64,000 nt of DNA. Origin: a virus. Positions 58,296 through 64,000 of this stretch are shown piece after piece. Made by a program: the position numbers and the translations under genes. How positions within the stretch are numbered: the first letter of the stretch is position 1; each line of letters opens with the position of its first letter. Where the stretch lies: positions 96,001-160,000 of IMG/VR virus record IMGVR_UViG_3300027749_000039; one strand, given 5' to 3'. The notes below the pieces were generated by a model. The model was not told where the DNA came from. It saw only the letters and a program-made list of their open reading frames with translations, and made no database searches.

Positions 58296-58407
58296 TTAAC
58301 TTTTAGTTTTATATTTCATATGAAAAAAATAATATGCTTTCTCTACTAACTTTTTTTGTTTTTGTTAGATTATTTTCGTAATTTTGTATAAATTGAAAGA
58401 TAAAAAT

Positions 58408-59346
58408 ATGAAAGATTCATTAGGTGATAGGATAAAAGAATACGAATCACAAACATGTGGAACTCGTTTAATGGGCAGACTGCCCGTGATATGCCGGCTC
58501 GACGGAAAGAATTTTAGCCGCTTTACTAAAGGTTTAAAGCGTCCATATGATGAACGTTTATCTAATCTTATGGTTGAAACTACTAAGTATTTAGTTAAAG
58601 AAACTAATGCTAATTGTGGCTATCATCAATCAGATGAAATTACTTTAGTATGGTATTCTGACTCATATGAATCTAAAATTTATTTTGATGGACGCTTATT
58701 CAAAATGATTTCTGATTTAGCCGCCATGGCTTCTGTATTTTTCAATAGAGAATTACCAAGCTATTTACCAGAAAAAGCACACTTGATGCCTCGTTTTGAT
58801 TGTAGAGTATTTAGCATACCTACAATTCACGAAGCTGCTAACTGCTTTCTGTGGCGCGAATTAGATGCTACTAAGAACTCAATTAGTATGGCTGCACAAC
58901 ACTATTATTCTCACAAAGAATTAGAAGGTAAAAATGGTTCGGAAAAACAAGAAATGCTTTTCCAAAAAGGCGTAAATTGGAATGACTACCCAGCCTCATT
59001 TAAAAGAGGAACCTATATTCAAAGGAAAAGAGTTCTAACAAAGTTTTCTACTGAAGAATTAGAGAATTTACCTGTTAAACACCAAGCTAGGCAAAATCCT
59101 GACTTGATGATTGAGAGATGGGTAATAGATAGGATAGATTTACCGCCTTTGATGACTATACAGAATAGAGAAGAAGTAATTCTTTTTGGAGCTGAGCCAA
59201 ATGACGTGCGTGTAGTAGGTTATACTATTGAAGATATGTTAGAAGCTTTCTATGCAAAAGGTGATAAAGTTGATATGACAGAATTTAAATTCTGGGTAGA
59301 TTCAGTATTACCTTTGCTAAAAACAAAAGAAAAAGAATTAATATGA
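58408..59346 (+). CDS. tRNA-His guanylyltransferase (Thg1-like protein)
   Basis: RIKEYE, RLDGKNFSRFT, QSDEITL, FDGR and FDCRVF. Confidence 0.92.
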   Translation: MKDSLGDRIKEYESQTCGTRLMGRLPVICRLDGKNFSRFTKGLKRPYDERLSNLMVETTKYLVKETNANCGYHQSDEITLVWYSDSYESKIYFDGRLFKMISDLAAMASVFFNRELPSYLPEKAHLMPRFDCRVFSIPTIHEAANCFLWRELDATKNSISMAAQHYYSHKELEGKNGSEKQEMLFQKGVNWNDYPASFKRGTYIQRKRVLTKFSTEELENLPVKHQARQNPDLMIERWVIDRIDLPPLMTIQNREEVILFGAEPNDVRVVGYTIEDMLEAFYAKGDKVDMTEFKFWVDSVLPLLKTKEKELI

Positions 59347-59603
59347 GTTTAAATTGGTTTCCTAGTTTTGATTACGCAACATTATATTCACCACGTAAAT
59401 TTGATTTAGATTTATTTCAAATGAATTGTATATGCATATATATGCCTTTAGGCGGTAGCCAATTTAAAGAAAATGATTTGTGTCATTTTTACTTAGATGG
59501 TGAATGGGTTAGAGTAACTAAAGTAGGTAATAAAAAAATGAGTGCGCCGGAAGTATCTACATATGCATTTTCCGAATTTAAAAAATATTTCAAAGTTAAT
59601 TAA
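59343..59603 (+). CDS. Hypothetical protein
   Basis: ORF track. Confidence 0.55.
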   Translation: MSLNWFPSFDYATLYSPRKFDLDLFQMNCICIYMPLGGSQFKENDLCHFYLDGEWVRVTKVGNKKMSAPEVSTYAFSEFKKYFKVN

Positions 59604-59605
59604 TT

Positions 59606-59845
59606 ATGAAAATGATAGTTGAAGAGTGGGGAGACGGGTATGAAAATAGTGGCGTATCTGTAACACTTATTAAATCAGATGGCAAAGAAATGAACGTTAC
59701 ATTTAGAGATGGCGAACGTGAGGATATGGTTATAGCTAGGGATTTAAGCGATGCAACATATATAGCATCGCTTATTAAAACTGCATATGATGCTGGTAAA
59801 ACAGGTGAAGAATTGATAATTGAATATAAAGATATAGAAGAATAA
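59606..59845 (+). CDS. Hypothetical protein
   Basis: ORF track. Confidence 0.65.
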   Translation: MKMIVEEWGDGYENSGVSVTLIKSDGKEMNVTFRDGEREDMVIARDLSDATYIASLIKTAYDAGKTGEELIIEYKDIEE

Positions 59846-60591
59846 TGAAACAAGTTGTGTATCTAGGCGATATTCACGGCAACTTTGATTGGTTGAAACG
59901 TGAGATAAAAAGAGTTGGCATAGGTGAAAATGAAGAAGTAGCTTATATAATCCAAGTTGGAGATTTTGGAATCGGATTTAATAATAAATCCGATTTAGAT
60001 ACTTTAAACTTATTAAATGAGTTTCTTAAATTGAGGAATATAATAATGATTGCTATTCGTGGTAATCATGACGACCCTTCATTTTTTCAAGGTAATCATA
60101 TTTATTCTAATTTGATGTTAGTGCCTGATTATACTACTATGGAAATAGATGGTAGAAACCATTTATTCGTGGGTGGTGCTATATCAATAGATAGAAAGTA
60201 TAGGCTACATAAAGATCAGATAGCTGCATCTTATGGCTCTTCACAGAAGTCATATTGGTATGATGAACTATTCTTATTAAATGAAGAAAAGTTAAAAGAT
60301 ATAACTGGTATTGATGTAGTTATATCACATACTGCTCCTGAGTGGTGCTATCCTGATAATAGAAATGGGTTTGGTCCATTTGTTGATGAATTTGCTTATG
60401 ATGATGATAAGTTATACACTGATTTGGATAAAGAACGTAAAGATGTGACTAAAATGTTCCAAATTTTAGAAAAAAATGGTAATACTATTCAGTATCATGC
60501 ATATGGTCATTTTCATTCAAGTCAAATAACTATGAATAGATATTGCAATCATTATTTATTAGGTATAAATGAGTTTAGGGAATTATATTAA
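59845..60591 (+). CDS. Calcineurin-like metallophosphoesterase
   Basis: GDIHG, VGDFG, RGNHD, SHTAP and GHFH. Confidence 0.9.
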   Translation: MKQVVYLGDIHGNFDWLKREIKRVGIGENEEVAYIIQVGDFGIGFNNKSDLDTLNLLNEFLKLRNIIMIAIRGNHDDPSFFQGNHIYSNLMLVPDYTTMEIDGRNHLFVGGAISIDRKYRLHKDQIAASYGSSQKSYWYDELFLLNEEKLKDITGIDVVISHTAPEWCYPDNRNGFGPFVDEFAYDDDKLYTDLDKERKDVTKMFQILEKNGNTIQYHAYGHFHSSQITMNRYCNHYLLGINEFRELY

Positions 60592-61370
60592 TTCCCTAAA
60601 CTCATTTTTATTTCTATATATTTGTTATACTTTCTTTTAAGACCAAAAGTAAAGTCGGAATATAACCAATTTAAAAATTTAATAGAATTTTTTCTACCAC
60701 CTATATATAGAATAGAATGTTTATTATTACCATTTATAATTCTTCTGATAGAATATTTAATACCTAAATTAATAGATATATCTTCTAAATATTTCCAATC
60801 TTGTCCGTATGTGCTTGCAAAATATATTTGAGGTGATTTATTACTGAAGTTTATACACCCATCGCCGTCCATTATTCCTCTTAGAAAATATTTAATATCT
60901 TCCTGTTTAATCTTCATTAAATTAAAATCTGGCGAGGCTGTACTTTTATTTTCATAATTAAATGACCTAAATATATTTACAATATCTTTAGAACAGTATT
61001 GGATACACGCAGATGTTTTTGTTCTGCCCTTTCTTAATCTTTCATTATAATAAAAATTTCCTAATTTTTCAAATATTGGTTTGATATCGTCTAAATCTTC
61101 TTTTAGTATTTCTATACCTATATTATTACCGACTAAATATCCATCAGACCATAATAATCCCATTATATAGGACACATAAGGATTATCAACTTTTTCAAAT
61201 GTATCTAAACTTGGGTAAATATATTTTTTATTATAACTCAATTTTAATTTTTTAGCTTTGTTTTTAACCATATCAATAGTAAAATTACTCAATATTTCAT
61301 TTATTTTAGTTGGTCCAATTTTGTGGTAGTTTTCTACCATGAATTTTATTTCGTGTTCTTTCCATTCCAT
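60588..61370 (-). mobile_element. LAGLIDADG homing endonuclease
   Basis: YIMGLLWSDG and YFLRGIMDGDG motifs. Confidence 0.88.
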
Positions 61371-61477
61371 AATTTATATATTATTTATGATATAGCCCCT
61401 AATAATGTTTACACGCAAATAAAATAAATATGAAAATAATTTTGTCAATTCAAAACTTTTTCGTACTTTTGTAATCT

Positions 61478-61675
61478 AATTAAGAACATAGAAACTAGCA
61501 TAGTGTAATAAACTATGTAAAAACTTTACATGCTCACAGAACGTTAAAATTTTATCATTATAACAGGTTACTTAATCGAAAGAAGATAATTGGTATAATG
61601 TATATCTATAAGATATAATAAAATTATAACCTTTCAATCCGAAAGGCATAGACTTAGAGTGTAAAGAGTTTCAAA
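61478..61675 (+). ncRNA. Candidate ~200-nt structured RNA with its own promoter
   Basis: Promoter at 61464-61471, no ORF, nested stems (see findings). Confidence 0.4.
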
Positions 61676-61716
61676 AATAAATCTGAAAATAATTTTGCAA
61701 ATTAAAAACTTTATTG

Positions 61717-61739
61717 TATCTTTGCAATACAATAATCAA
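61717..61739 (+). promoter_or_regulatory. Promoter/TSS region of tRNA operon 4
   Basis: TATCTTTG element; 19-nt identity to the operon 3 start. Confidence 0.72.
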
Positions 61740-61808
61740 TAAAGAAACAAATAACGATAAAAAGTCCATAGAGGAAAAAAGTAGTTTAAAAATTAAATAT
61801 ATAATATA

Positions 61809-61910
61809 ATGAAAAACATTAATAGAAATAATAATACCATAAATTTAGTCATAAATAACGTGAATACGTTATGCGTGATTAGAGGAGTTATGGGGTTAAG
61901 TCTATTATGA
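61809..61910 (+). CDS. Leader peptide 4, MKNINRNNNTINLVINNVNTLCVIRGVMGLSLL (putative attenuator)
   Basis: Codons 3-25 use only N/I/R/T/L/V/C, the specificities of the downstream array. Confidence 0.85.
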   Translation: MKNINRNNNTINLVINNVNTLCVIRGVMGLSLL

Positions 61911-61937
61911 TAATATTTCAAATATATTATAATATTT

Positions 61938-61971
61938 AATCTCAAACTCAAAAAGTTTGAGATTTTTTTTT
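61938..61971 (+). terminator. Attenuator terminator 4
   Basis: AATCTCAAACT-CAAAA-AGTTTGAGATTTTTTTTT. Confidence 0.9.
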
Positions 61972-61981
61972 ATGTTAAAAT

Positions 61982-62069
61982 GGCGCAGTGATGAAACTGG
62001 TTAGTACATGCAGGACTTAAAATCCTGTGGACAGAAATGTCCGTGTCGGTTCGACTCCGACCTGCGCTA
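61982..62069 (+). tRNA. tRNA-Leu(TAA)
   Basis: CAGGA-CTTAAAA-TCCTG; variable arm. Confidence 0.9.
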
Positions 62070-62076
62070 CAAAACT

Positions 62077-62150
62077 CGGCGGGTAGCTTAGACGGTAAAA
62101 GCACGAATCTTATAAATTCGAGATAGTGGGATCGTTACCCACCCCTCCGA
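62077..62150 (+). tRNA. tRNA-Ile(TAT)
   Basis: CGAAT-CTTATAA-ATTCG. Confidence 0.82.
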
Positions 62151-62155
62151 CAAAT

Positions 62156-62228
62156 GGTTCTATCGTACAATGGATTAGTACAAGGCTCTTCTAAAGCCTT
62201 TATGTGGGTTCGAATCCCGCTGGAACTA
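62156..62228 (+). tRNA. tRNA-Arg(TCT)
   Basis: AGGCT-CTTCTAA-AGCCT. Confidence 0.9.
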
Positions 62229-62279
62229 CAATCGTTATTAATTTTTATTAGGGAGTTCGGTTTATATAATATATAATTT

Positions 62280-63086
62280 ATGAGACATAAACAAACAGAA
62301 CAAACTAAAAAGAAGTTATCAGAAATAAGAAAAAAATGGTTAGCAGATAATCCAGAAAAACATCCATGGAAAAGAAAAGATAAATTCTTATCTAAGCCTT
62401 GTGAATTTTTCAAAAAGAAATTATTGGAAAATAATTTAACTTTTTCGGAAGAACAAAACTTACTTGAAGGAAGAGCATATTCGGTAGATGTAGTTTTTTA
62501 TGATAAAATGATTGGATTTAAAATAAATGGAAATCAACATTATAATTCAGATAAAACTCTTAAAGATTATTATAAAAAAAGGAAAGAAGAGATTGAAATT
62601 TTAGGATGGAAATTATATGATATACATTATACAAAAGTTTATAATGAAAAATTTATAGAGGAAATAATAAAATTCATAAAAGAGCAAAAGGAAATTCCAA
62701 ATTTTAATTTTGAATTTTTTATAAAAAAGGTTAAAAAAATATGTAAAGATTGTGGTAAAGAAATATCATATAATAGCATAGAAAGATGTTTAAAATGTCA
62801 TAATATATCCAGAAGAACAGAAAAATATGAAGTTAATTTAAAATATAAAATAGGTGCTAATAAAAAAGAAAAATTTATAAAAAATTGTAATTGTGGTGAA
62901 ATAATATCCATAAATTCAAATAATTGTAAGGAATGTTTTGATAAAATACAAAGAAAAATAGTTGATAGACCAAGTTTAGAAATTTTATTAGAAGAGGTTA
63001 AAGATATAGGATATAGTGCGGTTGGTAGAAAATATGGAGTTAGTGATAATTCTATAAGAAAGTGGATAAAAAATTATCAAAAATAA
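62280..63086 (+). mobile_element. Vsr/DUF559-like endonuclease with Zn fingers and HTH, inside tRNA array 4
   Basis: YSVD...GFKINGNQHY, L..LGW, CxxC pairs, and a C-terminus shared with 34371..35249. Confidence 0.75.
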
Positions 63087-63090
63087 AAAT

Positions 63091-63162
63091 TGTCGTATAG
63101 CTTAGTGGGGAAGCGTCAGCAGAAGTAGCTGAAGGGCATAGGTTCAATTCCTGTTGCGACTA
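63091..63162 (+). pseudogene. tRNA with aberrant anticodon loop AGAAGTA
   Basis: Cloverleaf intact but no U33. Confidence 0.55.
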
Positions 63163-63169
63163 CAAATAA

Positions 63170-63241
63170 GGTTCCTTAACTCAGAGGCAGAGTGCTACTT
63201 TTACATGGTAGAAGTCGGGATTTCAAAATTCCCAGGAACCA
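63170..63241 (+). tRNA. tRNA-Val(TAC)
   Basis: CTACT-TTTACAT-GGTAG. Confidence 0.85.
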
Positions 63242-63248
63242 CAAAAAT

Positions 63249-63320
63249 TGGAATGTAGCTCAGAGGCAGAGCAGGATCCTGTTAAGATCAAGGTCGAGAT
63301 ATCGTAATTCTCCATTCCAG
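63249..63320 (+). tRNA. tRNA-Asn(GTT)
   Basis: GATC-CTGTTAA-GATC; G73. Confidence 0.82.
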
Positions 63321-63325
63321 CAAAT

Positions 63326-63397
63326 AGTCTTATAGCTCAAAGGCAGAGTGCCTGTTCGACATACAGGAGGTTGCGATATCGTAATTCGCTAAGACTA
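63326..63397 (+). tRNA. tRNA-Val(GAC)
   Basis: CCTGT-TCGACAT-ACAGG. Confidence 0.8.
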
Positions 63398-63406
63398 CAA
63401 ATAAAG

Positions 63407-63480
63407 GGGCGTATGGTGAAATTGGTTTATCACGTCTGACTGTTAATCAGTTATTATAGGTTCGAGTCCTATTGTGCCCG
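63407..63480 (+). tRNA. tRNA-Asn(GTT)
   Basis: CTGA-CTGTTAA-TCAG; G73. Confidence 0.85.
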
Positions 63481-63507
63481 CTAATTAAATAAAAAAAGTA
63501 AATAATA

Positions 63508-63586
63508 CGGAACGTACCGAGTCACACTGATAATGTGGATATTCGTAAAGGTGTTGAAAATGAGATTTCAAGATTCTCCGTTCCGA
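63508..63586 (+). other. D-armless tRNA-Ile(GAT)-like RNA
   Basis: CGGAACG/CGTTCCG acceptor, CACA-CTGATAA-TGTG, T arm present; D arm replaced by an extended helix. Confidence 0.5.
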
Positions 63587-63592
63587 CAAAAT

Positions 63593-63668
63593 GCCAAATT
63601 AGTATAGCGGCGATTATACCAACCTTGTAAGTTGCGAGACACCAGTTCGAGTCTGGTATTTGGCTCCA
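63593..63668 (+). tRNA. tRNA-Thr(TGT)
   Basis: CAAC-CTTGTAA-GTTG; TCCA end. Confidence 0.88.
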
Positions 63669-63702
63669 CTACTGATCAGAATCCAGTGATTCAGATCTAA
63701 AA

Positions 63703-63778
63703 CGGACTATAGCTCATTATTGGTTAGAGCGTCACGCTGATAACGTGAAGGTGGTTGGATCGAAGCCAGCTAGTCCGA
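63703..63778 (+). tRNA. tRNA-Ile(GAT)
   Basis: TCACG-CTGATAA-CGTGA. Confidence 0.88.
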
Positions 63779-63784
63779 CAAAAT

Positions 63785-63857
63785 GCTAAAGTGTCTGAAT
63801 GGTTGAGGAACTTTCTTGGTATGAAAGATAATATCGGTTCGAATCCGTTCTTTAGCT
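63785..63857 (+). tRNA. tRNA-Thr(GGT)
   Basis: CTTTC-TTGGTAT-GAAAG. Confidence 0.85.
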
Positions 63858-63863
63858 CTTAAT

Positions 63864-63936
63864 GGCGCCTTGGTCGAGTGGTTATAGGCGCAGGTCTGCA
63901 AAACCTGATACATTGGTTCAATTCCAGTAGGCGCCT
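63864..63936 (+). tRNA. tRNA-Cys(GCA)
   Basis: CAGGT-CTGCAAA-ACCTG; U73. Confidence 0.9.
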
Positions 63937-63949
63937 CAAATTAAATAAA

Positions 63950-64000
63950 ATGAAACCGATTAAAAAAACATTTCTCTTTCTTCGCCAATTAACAAAAAAT
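63950..64000 (+). CDS. Partial ORF MKPIKKTFLFLRQLTKN... (possible further leader peptide)
   Basis: A-rich start context; runs off the window edge. Confidence 0.35.
   Translation, partial: MKPIKKTFLFLRQLTKN

Noticed and set aside
20094-58407. Upstream TTG/GTG starts given in the track for ligA, smpB, tyrS, Thg1, 32972 and 38207 (and thyA)
   Set aside because: They overlap promoter or terminator elements; downstream ATGs with A-rich context fit better.

Overview
Very AT-rich segment of a huge (jumbo) lytic tailed phage; standard genetic code, no CRISPR array. Repeated TTTG...TAnnTTTG promoters point to a Bacteroidota host. The left third (1-20 kb) holds giant minus-strand virion-type proteins, including a >2200 aa ORF missing from the ORF track, plus a short portal paralogue, thyA, ribosomal protein S1 and coaE. 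Next come NAD-dependent ligase, an ECF sigma factor, a DUF481 outer-membrane barrel, thioredoxin and SmpB. The rest is dominated by translation: about 35 tRNA genes plus degenerate tRNA-like elements, SerRS, TyrRS, editing-less LeuRS and AlaRS, a stand-alone PheRS N-terminal arm, two RNA ligases, Thg1, phosphatases and several free-standing homing-type endonucleases. Main discovery: four tRNA arrays each sit behind a short leader-peptide ORF and an intrinsic terminator. The regulatory codons of each leader match, almost codon for anticodon, the tRNAs of its own array, and the 3' part of each leader can pair with the terminator's 5' arm. This looks like a bank of ribosome-stalling attenuators that switch on the tRNAs that have become limiting. 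The match and the pairings are visible in the sequence; the mechanism is inference.
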